A stretch of DNA of 64,000 bases. Origin: Schmidtea nova. Taxonomy: Eukaryota. The DNA lies in assembly GCA_044892505.1 (NCBI GenBank), contig CM097883.1:122202001-122266000 (forward strand). The letters run 5' to 3'. The translations under genes and the position numbers were made by a program. Numbering within the stretch: the first letter of the stretch is position 1; the number at the start of each line of letters is the position of its first letter. Below are positions 46,942 through 60,800 of this stretch, piece after piece. Under the pieces are notes generated by a model. That model saw nothing but the letters and a program-made list of their open reading frames with translations, ran no database searches and was not told the DNA's origin.

Positions 46942-48855
46942 AGATGGTTTCTCTTATTATGGCGTTACAAATTCGTCTTATTCGACAAAGTATAAATAAA
47001 CTAGGATACAAGCTGCCAAAAAATTCAACGAGCACGATGGAATTGGTAAAAAGTTATTACGAAAAAATCAAAATAGAAATTGTAGAACGATTACAGTCCA
47101 AAATTTCGATTGGAAAACGATTTTTGCTGTCTGTAGATGAATGGACAAGCATCAAAAATAGAAGATATTGCAATATTATTTTATATGATAACAATGAAAA
47201 TTACAATCTTGGTTTAGCAAGAATAACTGGAAAATGCGATGCAAAAAATATCCAGGAAATAATAAGAAAACGATTAAATGAGTTCAAGGTAGATTTTGAT
47301 CATCATATTTTATGTTCAATCAACGATGGTGCAGCAGTAATGAAAAAATATAATAGAGAAAGTCTAATTGAACCGGTATTATGCTTAAACCATGCATTAT
47401 ATTTATCAGTGACAAAGTTTTTATACCAAAAATATGTTGCTGTTGATGAAACTGATCAGAGTTCAATTGAAAATGAGGAAGACATTATTTTAGAAGAGGA
47501 ATATGACAGTGACGCTGATATTGAGGATGGTGATTCGGTTGAACCAGATGACCAGATGGTAATTGAGAAGATAAACGAGGTAATTGATAATGGTGTATAT
47601 AGTCATTCAATTTTTTTCATTCAATTGCATGCCTTACGCAGCATCATTAATTATTTTCGATTATCGTCATTAAAAATGATTTTTTACAAGAGAAGATAAA
47701 AACCCGACTTGGCAAAGAACTGGAATGAAAAATAGATATAAAGACACGTTGGAATTCCATAGATCCCATGATAGAAAGATATTTACAAGTAAAAGAAGAA
47801 GTAAAAGAAGCCTTAGAATATTTTTATTCTCTTCATTTATTAGCTCCAATAGACGAGAAATATTTGATAAACATCCAAAAGATTTTAGAGCCAGTACGCA
47901 TAGCCGCAGAAGCCTTAGCAAGAAATGATGCTACACTATTTACCGCGGAAAGTGTAATTGAATTGTTATGTTCAACTTTGGAAAAAAATAGCGATTCACC
48001 AATATCCTCTAACTTCTTAGTTTGTTTGAAAAGAGAAATTAATAAAAGACGTAATATTAAATTATTGTCTCTTGTACAGTATATGCTTCATCCAAAAAAT
48101 TTAATGAAACGAAATGTTCACTTTGATTACTGTTCGAAGTTAACGACAGTGGCATTTGGGAAAAAAATAATTGAAAGATTATTCAAATCAGATGAGCAAG
48201 CAGAATCAGATTCAGAAGAGAATGACGAGCCTGAACTTTTAAATACTGACTTGAAATCTCAATTTCAAAAAGCTATTTCTACAGCTATGGTTTCCATTTC
48301 CAGTAAACCAGAAGGACTATCATCATCAGTCCAGAAAGAGTTTTTATTTTTTGAAGTATCCGGAGAAAAAAGTCATAATCTCACACTGTTGTTCGAAGCT
48401 CTGCAAACCGCAAAACCAACCTCAATGAATCTGACAATGAAGGTTAAAGGTTTAAAGGTTAAAAAGTTTTGACAATGAAAAAACATTCTCCATAGCGAGC
48501 CGAGTTTGTACTAAAATAAGAACTAGGTTATCGGATGAAAATTTGCACATTATCGTTTTCCTTAAATATTTCTTTTTGAAACAAAATGGTAAATAGATTA
48601 ACATTTCTTTTGAAATGTTGGGTAAATTATAAAAAAAAATTTATAATTTAAATTTTTGTATTTGTTATTTTCTTGAATAATTTTTTTTGTTCGTTTTTTG
48701 TATGAAATAAATATATTGTAATGTTTTTCTTTCACTTAAACCGTGATTTTCTGTTAAAAAGTGTATCACCGAAATTTACCGGTTTTTACCGGTAATAAGA
48801 TTGAAAATTTACCGTTTACCGGTAAAAGAAAACATACGGTAATTGAGGATATGTA
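46942..48855 (+). mobile_element. hAT DNA transposon, 5'-truncated, disrupted transposase; right TIR 48845-48855, flank GCCTACTC 48856-48863
   Basis: LSVDEWTS, NDGAAVM, CLNHAL, RWNS-region and C-terminal hAT dimerisation-like segment; ACCGGTAA subterminal repeats; inverted homology to 56167-62053. Confidence 0.88.
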
Positions 48856-49310
48856 GCCTACTCGATCAATGATTAATCAGTAGCCCAACAATTTCATTAC
48901 AAATCATATTCAACCGAATCAAATCTTTCAGCCTCAGCATCAGTTTCCTGGCTCCATGAAATTGTGTTTCCGCAATATCAATCATATTCTAATCAAAAAT
49001 TGTCCATTTATACTACCAATAATAAGCCAATACAACGGAATGTTAACCACATGAATTATCAACATCGAGCAGCACCAAATGTTAATGCGCAAATGCAAAT
49101 TCAACAACAACATCAAATATTTCAACCGACTAGTTTTATGAATACAAATGCTTCAAATCACCAAAGCGACATATCAGGAATTAACAATACGACAGCAGCG
49201 TCAATTTCAAGCAATCAACTGAATGATAATATGCTTATCGATGTAAATATGGCAATACGTAACATTTATTATCTTACTATAGATAAAATTTTATTTATAT
49301 TTACGATAAT

Positions 49311-49312
<2 letters not shown>

Positions 49313-49382
<70 letters not shown>
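49313..49382. repeat. (TA)35 microsatellite
   Basis: Direct reading. Confidence 0.95.
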
Positions 49383-49387
<5 letters not shown>

Positions 49388-51387
49388 AATAAATTTATTT
49401 ATAAAATTACCCTTCCCAATTTCTCTACCACACCCTTCTTTCGCCATTCTTCTGCCCTTTACTTACAATCCGCACCCACAATCCTAACCAAGATCCAACC
49501 CTACGATAATGGGTCTTTCTTCAAAACCACACCGATACCATCAGCCTATGTCCTCACGCGTTTTAATCGCAGAATACGAGAAATCGTTGTTACATCCGAT
49601 CTACACACCGACATTGTCACATCGCTTCGCATTGACAAGACATCATTCTACGTGTCGTGCAATGGTTTTTTAGTTTCTTCTTCCACTCAATTGCAATCTA
49701 ATTCAATCTTAGACCTCAATTGTTGCATCCTAGGAGGCTGTCGAACAACAACAGAGCCATCTTCCTCATCCGCGTTCTGCTTCATTCTCTTTTTTCTGGA
49801 CCCGGACGGTACACTTTTCTCGTGGTTTCGGATCGTTGAAGCGCTTATGTCTTCCTCTCCAAAATCACGAGCAGATTACCTCCTCGACAGTTTGACTGCC
49901 AAATTAATAGCCGAACTAGCCCCGAAAATCGCTAATGCTCTTGACGCAAGAAATCAACATGAAAGCCTAAAAAATCTCATTACAATCAAACAAACCTCTT
50001 CACAGACCCAGGCTTTAAAAAACCTTTGGCAACATTCTTCATTAGAAAAGAGCGAAGAAAGCACGTTTTTAAGAGATAAAGAAGCAGCTGTAATCAAATA
50101 AAATATTACAATATTATTCCCTTTTCATTGTTGTGTTATCCGTAAGATTTACAGTCCTGCAGTCAAACGCTGTATGGCAACCAAAATTACAGGCCCCATA
50201 ATCACTAATGGATTCCATTAGCGAGGCTTATGTGAGATGGAAAAAGTTGAATTACCAAGATACAAGATTTAAATCCATTATCAAAATAAAGTTCTGTGAA
50301 ATAAAAATTCTGAATTTAGGAATCGTCGCATTTAACTACTCTAATTTTCCTTTTAACATCAATAGCCGACCTAAATGCGATAGACGGTGAGTATAACTTT
50401 AATTTTAAATAAATTGTAATCGTCTTACAATTTTCCCTTGTACAAACTGAATGAATTGCAGTTGAATTAAATTGGATAAAACTTAATACAAAATTTGTGT
50501 AGCAGTGACTAGGGAAATATTTGTTGACGGTAGTACATAAAATAATATCATTTGCAGAATAAAATTATAAAAATCCAAAAACCATTTTAATTAATAAACA
50601 TTTTAAATTTGTAGATTGAAAAAATGTTCAGTTATCTGCAAATCAATTTGGGAGATAAGAAGAGAGAGGAGTCGACCCCAAACCAAGAATCAAAACAAAA
50701 CCCAACGATATATGACAATTATCTAGTTGTGGCCATGCCACTAAAGTGTATCACCCTGATCTCGTGAAGGAGATTTTGCGGGAGCACCAACAATCCTTTA
50801 CGAACACAGGAGAAAAACCATCCTTTAGCCTATTCAGAGATAGTCCCAATGAGTTCATCAAGCACGGAAGCCAAGAATGGCCGATAGACTTCGAATGGCA
50901 ATATCCGGCAGATTGCCAAAAGTATTTTGTGGCGTCTCCAAGTGAGATTCCGGGCTGGTACATTATCAAATAAACAGGAACAATTTAACAGGGTGAATTT
51001 TGGCAAATGGGCAGATTTGTTTTCAATCCTGCCCCCTCCAACGAATCTAACGAATCCACGTTCTGTCCCTCTTAACCGAATTGATTGAATTGTGTCATTG
51101 AACTTTCAAAAATCATTGTTTGTGTTGTCACTTTGGTTATAAAAATATTAACTTTGTGTTTTCGTTATTTTTACCAGGTTTATGAATTTTCTTTGATTTT
51201 GTGTAGGAATAACCAATAACTTAGTTTGATAATTAATAAAATACTGAAATTTCCCTGACAAGTGGTAAATGAGAGAAAGATGAGGTTTTACAAGATATCT
51301 TTGAGTTATAAATTATTTGTAGTATAAATTATTTGTAGACGAGGAGTGAGCTAAAGTGAGAAAAGGTTACAAGGAGATAAAATAAAT

Positions 51388-52205
51388 TCTGCACCTGACA
51401 TCATATTTAATATCGGTCTATTTGATTTCGTTGACATGTCAAAAAGTGACACAGATTTAAAATATCTTTTAGTAAAGGAAATCTGTCATTTTTAAACTGT
51501 TGACATTGTATTTTATCTCAATTATTTGGGATTTACAGGGTCTTCGAAATTTCTTCAAAATCAAACATATGCTGAATACATTAGAAATTACATTAGGAAC
51601 TGTAGTTTGGTAACTTCTATTTGTTCTTTAAATGATATTTATTTGCTTTATAAAATTTTTGATGACTTTGATATTTGGAGGTCAGAAATTGTCGAAAAGA
51701 TCCCAAAATCGTCATATTATTTTTTAAGTTGTCAAGAAAAGCTTCTTAAACTGAAGCAATGGATGATAACTGGTGAAATTAATAAAATTCACAATTAAAT
51801 TTCTCCACAAACGACATAGATTGTTAACATCTTTCTTGACAATATTGACGCAAAACCACTAAATACATCAGATCACACTAAAATAATAAATAAGTAAATG
51901 CAATTCTTAAATAATATCAAATTATTGGATGATGTACATGGACTAAAATCAAAACGGTTCATTTATTTTGTAATGAGAGATCTTAAGAGATTTCAAACTA
52001 AAGATAAAAGGATTTGACTCTTTGAAAACAGAAAGAAACATTGCACGTAATAATTTTTAAAATAATCTCGGATATTATCAAAGAACTGACACTAACTATC
52101 AATAATGATAATAATGAATTGCAAATCGCAAAATCTAATGATGACATTCTTGATCCTGTTGAAACTATCAATACTTAAGAAATTATACTGAAAATGACGA
52201 GATCA
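51388..52205 (+). pseudogene. Diverged relic of the retrotransposon ORF1 C-terminal half
   Basis: APDIIFNIGLFD vs ASDIMFNIGLFD; SCQEKLLKLKQWM vs SCQEKLIKFKQWM; KSKRFIYFVMRDLKRF vs KAKRLIYFIIRDKKRF; many stops. Confidence 0.8.
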
Positions 52206-52259
52206 AATGTATTAAATGTGGAAATACATTTGAAAATTGTATAGTAATAAAAAAAGAAG

Positions 52260-53400
52260 TATTTTTGAAAAGGATTTTTGGTCTGGGATTTTAAACAGGG
52301 AATTTTGGTCTGGGTTTTTTGTACAGGATTTTCCACTCCCAGATTTTTTAGGGCAAAAAGGGACTCTGGGTTTTTGTACTGAAAAAATATTTGTCGATGT
52401 TTTGTATAGGATTTTCTACTCTGAGATTTTCCTCAGGCAAAAAGGAACACTGGTAATTTTGAATTAAATTATAAATTTTAATGGTAAATAAAAACACGTG
52501 TAAATTTTTTAAACAAGTAAAATACATTGAATTATTTTTAAACTGGATTTTCTACTCACAGATTTTTCTCGGGCAAAAAAGGGCTCTGGTAATTTTGAAC
52601 TGAAATTTAAATTTTAATAGTAAATAAAAAACACGTGTAAATTTTTTAAACAAGTAAATTATCTTTAAACTATTTTGAATAGGACTTTCAATTCCTGCAA
52701 TTTCTAGGGCAAAAAGGGACACTGGTAATTTTGAACAGAAATTTTTAATAAAGATTTAAGAAAATGGTATTAAACATGTGGTTAAACTAAATAGGTAATA
52801 AAACATGGAGAATTTTACAAAGACAAAAGAATGACGTAATATTTAAAATTTAATAAAAAAGGGTTAAATTAAGGCAAAGTCAGAGTTGAAATGACATAAA
52901 ATGGAAATTTTAAACTTATTTTTGTTTGGAAAATCTGGGAGTTGGTAAATTTAAAAGTAAAATTTTTAAAGTAAAATTTTTTAGAATAAAATTTTTATAT
53001 AATTTAAATTTTTATAAAATCTTAAACTAAATACAATAAAATTTTTTATACTGAAATTTTCAAGAGATTTTTATGGTAAATAAAAACACATGTAAATTTA
53101 TAAAAATGTTAAATAGATTTAAATGGTTAAATTTCTATGGTAAAATAAGCAAAGATAAAATAAGGTAAAAAAGTCAATAAAACATGGAGATTTTTACAAA
53201 GACAAAATAATGACATAATATAAAATTTTACAAATAAATACTAAAATAAGTCAGAGTCAGAGTCTAAATGACACAATATGGAAATTTAAAAAATAAATAC
53301 TAAAATAAGACAAAGTCAGAGTTGAAATGACATAATATGCAAATTTTAAAATTATTTTTTTGGGAAATCAGAGTTGGTAAATTTTTAAATACAAAGTTTT
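52260..53400. repeat. AT-rich non-coding region with imperfect direct repeats
   Basis: GGCAAAAAGGG-N-CTCTGG-type motif near 52331, 52436, 52571, 52707; AAAACACGTGTAAATTTTTT twice; AAAGTCAGAGTTGAAATGACATAA twice. Confidence 0.65.
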
Positions 53401-53514
53401 TTCACAAAATGAAATTCTTTCTCACAAAATGAAATTTTTAAACCAATAAAAGTCTTAACAAATAAAATTTTTTACCAAATAAAAATTAAACAATAAATTT
53501 TCATTTAAAATTTA

Positions 53515-56166
53515 TTAAGAAATATAATCTTCTTTAAACTCTTCTTGAAAATCTTTTTGAAAATCTTCTTCAAACTCTTCTGGAAAATTTCTTTCTGAAC
53601 TGTTATTAGATTTTACGAAATTAATATTAATATTAGTATCTTTATAATGTCCGTATGGACAACTATTATTTTTTCCCAACCAAACCCTTTTATCATCTTT
53701 ATTAGTTAGAGCTATTTTTGAATATTTAAAACTACATAGCTGATGATTTTTGTATCGATTCTAAATTGAGGTACATTAAATACGGTGTCATTCAAATAAC
53801 AATCACGGTAAGACTCATGTAAGCTTTTAAACAATTTGGTTTTCCTAATAAGCTGTAACATTTAAGACTAAGGGAAACCCACTCATCATATCCTTCATCC
53901 TTGCTCTCATCTTTGAATTTACCTATTACTGAGTCAAATTTCTTTGAATATAATAGATGATCATTTGAATAATTTGACGTATCTAACAAGTTATCATTTT
54001 TCATATCATTTTTCATATCATTTTTCCTATCATTTTTCATATCATTTAATAATATTTCTAATTTTTAATTTTTAATTTCCAGAAAAAAAGAATCTGTATC
54101 GCCCGCTACAATATTTATTTGACAACTATATTTGTCACGATATTTTTGTAAATCTATGTATTGTAATTCATAAATTCTAAGTTTTGATAAATCAAGTACA
54201 GATTGTCCAATGTAACTTGGTCTATCTAAATATATTGAATCAGGATTTAATAATGCAGCTACTAAATTGTCATCAATTTTAATTGATTTTTTAAAAGTAG
54301 GTTTCGATGAATAGGTTACAAATATTTTCTCAGTTGAACATAATCTTATATTCATTCTCTTTTTAAGATGTTCCACTTTTTTTGCCATAAAAACTATTAT
54401 TCAATAATTTATAATAGTTTTTATCTAATGTATTGATACTTTTTGCCCGTAATTCAGTATTCGTATCTATGTATTTTTTGAAAATATGTATTTGCTTAAA
54501 TTTTACAGCTCTATTTATTTTGGTGACTTTCACTCCAAGTGACGAATGTAATTTTAATAAACGCCAATGAATTACATAATTCTTTTTAGGGAAATGTGTC
54601 AGCAATAATTTTTAACTTTAGATCTTCTAGGTTCTATTTTCTCAGCGGCAACTGGGAAATCATCTAACGTGTCGCGAATTTCAGTAGGTATTTCCAAATC
54701 TACCTCTAAAGTGTAACCATAAGACAAAGATTCAAGATCAAGATTAATGCAATCAAGTAAAATATTATCTAAATTATCAGACACCCAACTAAATTCACCA
54801 CATGGTAAAGCTTGGCTCAACGCCCATCCGTAAAGATTATTAATATCAATATATAATAATTCGGTGTTTTCGTCAGTTTTTACAAAGTGTTTATTTACAA
54901 AAGTCAAACCTCCTCGAATTCCACCATCATAAAAGCTAAACATTTCATTTTCAGTAATTAATTCTATTGGTTCATCTAAAGTTATTAAAGAAGACGACCA
55001 AGACATTCCAGGAATACCAAAATAATTTATTGGTTCTAATTTATTATGAGCTTAAGACTTCAAACGAAATTGTTGAAAGAAATCAGCCAAAAGAAAACAG
55101 TCAAGTTTCAAGGAAATCATCATCTAGTCTAAAAGATTAACACATCTTGTTTCAGTCCAAATAAGTTGTGCCTTAAGATATTCATCGTCTGTAAAACCTT
55201 CTCAAATAGATGGCAATTCATAAGTGTTTTCAAGAACTTCTAAGCTTGTTGCAAAGCTATATGGAAATATACCCTTTTCAGAAACTATAGTTCCATCGAA
55301 AACAGAATTTGTCAATGGTAAAGAATTCAAAGTTTTTACTGCCTTGGTCAAAGAATCATTTACAAACTGGTAGGAATCTATAAATCTTAAACTAATTTTG
55401 TCAACATGAACTATAAGAGATATAAATTTTTCAGATGAAATTGGTATACAACTCAAAGACTAATTTTTAAATTTATTTAATCCATGTTTAAGAATATGGT
55501 GCAAATCATATCCTTTCAAGTTATGAAAAACTATTGGTAAAGTTTTTTTTATTTTTCTATTTATATTACAGTTCGAACAAGCAGCTCCTAAATATTTCCC
55601 TGTAAAATGATCATGGTCTCTTACTGAGTCAACAATATATTTTAAACAAAGATAACAAGAAGTGCTATTTGTAAATTGTTCCTGTTTAATGTTTGTTAAT
55701 TTAGTCATTTTTTATTACCATTTTTAATATAATACGAAAGAACTTTATATAAAGTTATTTCTTCAACCGCTTTGAAATATTTCTCTACACAATCAAGACC
55801 TATAAATTGAACATATGATGTAGTTCCCTCAAAGTTATTTTTTAATAAAAGCCCTTCCGAAATAGGCAAATTTTTTTGAAAATGTACAGTATCTTTGGGT
55901 AAAATAGATTCAAAGTCTGCATATATTACAAATGGTGGTGTAATTGTTTTAGACCAATGAGTAAATTTTAAGAATTTATTTTCTGGGAAAGTATATAATG
56001 TTGTTCCTAGTTGATTTTTTCTACAAAGATTTTCATGTTTTTCTAAAGATTGTAGATTAGGAAACCCATTTAAATATCTTATGCGCCATTCACTTCTTAT
56101 TCTAAAATTACAATCAGAGTATTGGTTGCAGTTCATTAATCTCTTTATATTTGTTATGGCTACATA
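53515..56166 (-). pseudogene. Central and C-terminal part of the Polinton-type pPolB, frameshifted
   Basis: ExoI YADFES, VRDHDHFTGKYLGAACSNCN, ExoII FHNLKGYD, LRFIDSYQF, KGIFPYS, motif A YIDINNLYG, motif B KLLNNSFYGK, motif C GDTDS, GKFKDE, DDKR...PYGHY. Confidence 0.9.
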
Positions 56167-57829
56167 TACATATCCTCAATGTTTTCTTTTACCGGTAAAC
56201 GGTAAATTTTCAATCTTATTACCGGTAAAAACCGGTAAATTTCGGTGATACACTTTTTAACAGAAAATCACGGTTTAAGTGAAAGAAAAACATTACAATA
56301 TATTTATTTCATACAAAAAACGAACAAAAAAAATTATTCAAGAAAATAACAAATACAAAAATTTAAATTATAAATTTTTTTTTATAATTTACACAACATT
56401 TAAAAAGAAATGTTAATCTATTTACCATTTTGTTTCAAAAAGAAATATTTAAGGAAAACGATAATGTGCAAATTTTCATCCGATAACCTAGTTCTTATTT
56501 TTGTACAAACTCGGCTCGCTATGGAGAATGTTCTTTCATTGTCTGTAGAGGTTGGTTTTGCGGTTTGCAGAGCTTCGAACAACAGTGTGAGATTATGACT
56601 TTTTTCTCCGGATACTTCAAAAAATAAAAACTCTTTCTGGACTGATGATGATAGTCCTTCTGGTTTACTGGAAATGGAAACCATAGCTGTAGAAATAGCT
56701 TTTTGAAATTGAGATTTCAAGTCAGTATTTAAAAGTTCAGGCTCGTCATTCTCTTCTGAATCTGATTCTGCTTGCTCATCTGATTTGAATAATCTTTCAA
56801 TTATTTTTTACCCTAATGCCACTGTCGTTAACTTCGAACAGTAATCAAAGTGAACATTTCGTTTCATTAAATTTTTTGGATGAAGCATATACTGTACAAG
56901 AGACAATAATTTAATATTACGTCTTTTATTAATTTCTCTTTTCAAACAAACTAAGAAGTTAGAGGATATTGGTGAATCGCTATTTTTTTCCAAAGTTGAA
57001 CATAACAATTCAATTACACTTTCCGCGGTAAATAGTGTAGCATTATTTCTTGCTAAGGCTTCTGCGGCTATGCGTACTGGCTCTAAAATTTTTTGGATGT
57101 TTATCAAATATTTCTCGTCTATTGGAGCTAATAAATGAAGAGAATAAAAATATTCTAAGGCTTCTTTTACTTCTTCTTTTACTTGTAAATATCTTTCTGT
57201 CATGGGATCTATGGAATTCCAACGTGTCTTTATATCTATTTTTAATTCCAGTTCTTTGCCAAGTCGGGTTTTTATCTTCTCTTGTAAAAAATCATTTTTA
57301 ATGACGATAATCGAAAATAATTAATGACGCTGCGTAAGGCTTGCAATTGAATGAAAAAATTGAATGACTATATACACCATTATCAATTACCTCGTTTATC
57401 TTCTCAATTACCATCTGGTCATCTGGTTCAACCGAATCACCATCCTCAATATCAGCGTCACTGTCATATTCCTCTTCTAAAATAATGTCTTCCTCATTTT
57501 CAATTGAACTCTGATCAGTTTCATCAACAGCAACATATTTTTGGTATAAAAACTTTGTCACTGATAAATATAATGCATGGTTTAAGCATAATACCGGTTC
57601 AACTAGACTTTCTCTATTATATTTTTGCATTACTGCTGCACCATCGTTGATTGAACATAAAATATGATGATCAAAATTTACCTTGAACTCATTTAATCGT
57701 TTTCTTATTATTTCCTGGATATTTTTTGCATCGCATTTTCCAGTTATTCTTGCTAAACCAAGATTGTAATTTTCATTGTTATCATATAAAATAATATTGC
57801 AATATCTTCTATTTTTGATGCTTGTCCAT

Positions 57830-60800
57830 TAGGGTGGTCCTTAATTTTGAAAAGTTGAAATCCTGTGCTCCCACCTCATAGAATTGTTTGTTATTATGAC
57901 AGGATGCTGTGCTAATTTTATTTTTATTTTTGGATGATGTTTAGAGGTCGCCCAAGCTTTGGAATTGGAAATTCATCAAAATCGCTGCAAATGAGCTTCT
58001 AGAAACTATTTTTTATTTTCTCACTACTTATTTTGGTCAGTTCTGTTAGTTAGTTGATCCCAAACAATTAATTTAACCTCTAATAAATAATCTTTGTTGA
58101 TCAATAATACTGTCTGATTAGGAATTTGCAGTTTTATTAAGTTTTCTATGAAATGGCGTCATCTTTTTGGTGAGTAAACTTTTTCATGTGTTGTATGTTT
58201 TAGCTGCTGCTTTGCCATTCAAAACATTCACTTATTATGCACTATTTGCCATTTTTTAGGCCAGAAAGTAAACATTCCACATGTAGACACAGTGACACAC
58301 CAGTGTTAGTGTAATATTGTATTGTATGATATGTTGTTGTTGTGATGTAGTGAAGAATTTGATATAACAACACGAAGTCAAACTGCAGTTTATCTACTGG
58401 GTCAACCCACTACTGTGCTTTCTACTCTCAGACTTGCATCAAATGGTGAAGCATTGGGTTTGTTTTTCCATCACCACCTAACCCATGGTCTGCAGACACG
58501 ACAGGCATCAGCACATGTGATCGAACAGGTGACTGGAATTTGGAACAAGGCCCGCATACCGACATGTCGCAAAGACCATGCAATCACCAAGCTGGAGCAA
58601 CTATTCAAAGATTGGACACAGCTAAAAAAGCACAAAGATCGCAAGACAGAGCTCCATGTTGCCAGAGAAGATGAGTTTTGCGCCAAAATGAAGAATCTTT
58701 TTGACATTGCACATGCCGACGCCCTAACGACTATGAAGATCGAGGAAGATAGAGAATTTCTGCTGGCACAGCGAGAACCAGGACGACGAGGTTACCTTGG
58801 ATTAGTTGATAGAGCATTAGCTGAAAAGGAAGAGAGAAAAGCAGTCAGAATAAACTTGGAGAGGAAGAGACGTGAAAGAGCAGAAAGCGAGGCATCCGTT
58901 AGCACAATGGTTGCAGGATTTGGCAGCAGTAGTGAAGATGACAATAAACCTGAATCGGACACAGATAAGCCTGCTGAGTTCTCATCACCTCGCCGTAAGA
59001 AAAGCAGAGCAGCAACAAATGTGATTACCCCAAAGTTAGCAGCTGCCTTGGATCGTACCAAGTTGAGTGACAGAAAGGCTACGTTTGTCATTGCTGCGGC
59101 AGCTCAGAGCCTTGGGCATGATATTGATGAACTCATTATAAATCGGAGTTCTATAAAGCGTCACCGCGAGAAATACAGAGCTGAAATGGCAGCTGCATTA
59201 AAGGAAGATTTGTCTAGTGATGTTCCTTTGGTGGTACATTGGGATGGCAAACTAATGGTCGATCTCACTGGGAAGGATCACGTTGATCGCCTCCCTATAA
59301 TTGTGACCGGCTTTGGGGTGTGTCAGCTATTGAAGGTGAGCAAGATGTCTGGTGGAACAGGTGAGAACCAGTCATCTGCAGTGGTCCAGGCACTGAATGA
59401 GTGGAATGTGCAGGATCGTGTGGTAGGATTGTGCTTTGATACAACTAGTTCCAACACTGGTATCCACAACGGTGCCTGTGTTCTGATAGAACAGAAGCTA
59501 GGCAAGGACTTACTACACTTTGCCTGTCGCCACCACATTATGGAACTGTTGGCAGGAGCCGCATTTACAGTAAGTCTTGCACCATCATCTGCTCCTGAAA
59601 TCCTTCTGTTCAAGAGATTTCAACAAAAGTGGTCAATCGTCGACCACAGTAACTACCAGACGGGAGCTAATTTGAATGAAATACCTGACGTGGTGAAGAA
59701 CGAAGTAATGGAATTTGCACACAGGCAGCTGCTTCGTGACAACGTCCGAGATGACTACAGAGAATTCATTGAATTATCTATCATATTTCTTGGTGGCTTA
59801 CCCCATCGTGGGATTCATTTTATGGCACCTGGTGCAATGCACCATGCGAGATGGATGTCGAAAGTGATCTACTCACTCAAAGTGTGGATGTTTCGCTCAC
59901 AATTCAAGCTCACATCGTTCGAGGAGAAAGGACTTCTCCACATGTGCATCTTTGCAGTGGTTATATACCTCAAGGCCTGGTTCACTGCACCACTGGCTTC
60001 CAGTGCGCCTCGAAATGATCTGCAACTGCTTCAAGATTTGCACAATTACAAGCGTTACAATGAGAAAATCTCTATCGCAACATCCAAAAAACTTGAGCAT
60101 CATCTTTGGTATTTGTCGGAAGATTTAGTGGGTCTTGCCTTCTTCGATCCCGATGTACCGGTCGATACAAAACGTCAAATGGTGAAAGCACTGAATTACT
60201 GTAGCAAGGATGCCGTCGACAAAGTACTTCTACCAAAAGGTCTGAAACGCATCACAATGTCTGCAAGCAGTGCATGCAACTACAGTTTGGAGGATTTCAT
60301 AACTGTCAGATCTCAGGAATTCTTTGATAAGCTCCATATTTCTCAAGACTTCTTGAATTACGATCCGGACACTTGGGAAACTCGACAGGAGTACACAGAT
60401 GGCATGTTGATCGTGTCTAAGCTACTAGTCACCAATGATAATGCAGAACGTGGAGTTGCCCTTGTTCAGGAGCTAAACAAGTGTATCACATACGATGAGG
60501 ACCAGTTTCAGTTTCTGCTGCAAGTTGTGGCAGACCATCGTCGTCAGTATGCAACCTGTCAGAAGTCGTTATTACATTGACTTAGTTGCGGAATGCGGAG
60601 TGCGGACATCGTCTTTGGTTGGACCGACTGACACTGACAGTCTAGAACATTTATTCCTATAAATAAATCTTAACAATAGATTCTGTACATTACGGAGTTT
60701 CATATTTCCTAGTCATTTAATAACATAATAAAACGTTACCAATTTCAGTTTAGTAATAAAAATACTATACTATGCTCAAGTCAAATTTTTTGGTCATTTT

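Noticed and set aside
48432-48479. GGTTAAAGGTTTAAAGGTTAAA as an interstitial telomere-like repeat
   Set aside because: Too short and not canonical; it is a small insertion flanked by TGACAATGAA duplicates within the decayed hAT
48964-49389. 141-aa Gln/Asn-rich ORF as a host gene
   Set aside because: Non-ATG start, runs into the (TA)n tract, and adjacent frames contain stops; at most a decayed low-complexity fragment
58471-60103. Four - strand ORFs inside the transposase
   Set aside because: Antisense shadows of a GC-richer coding sequence
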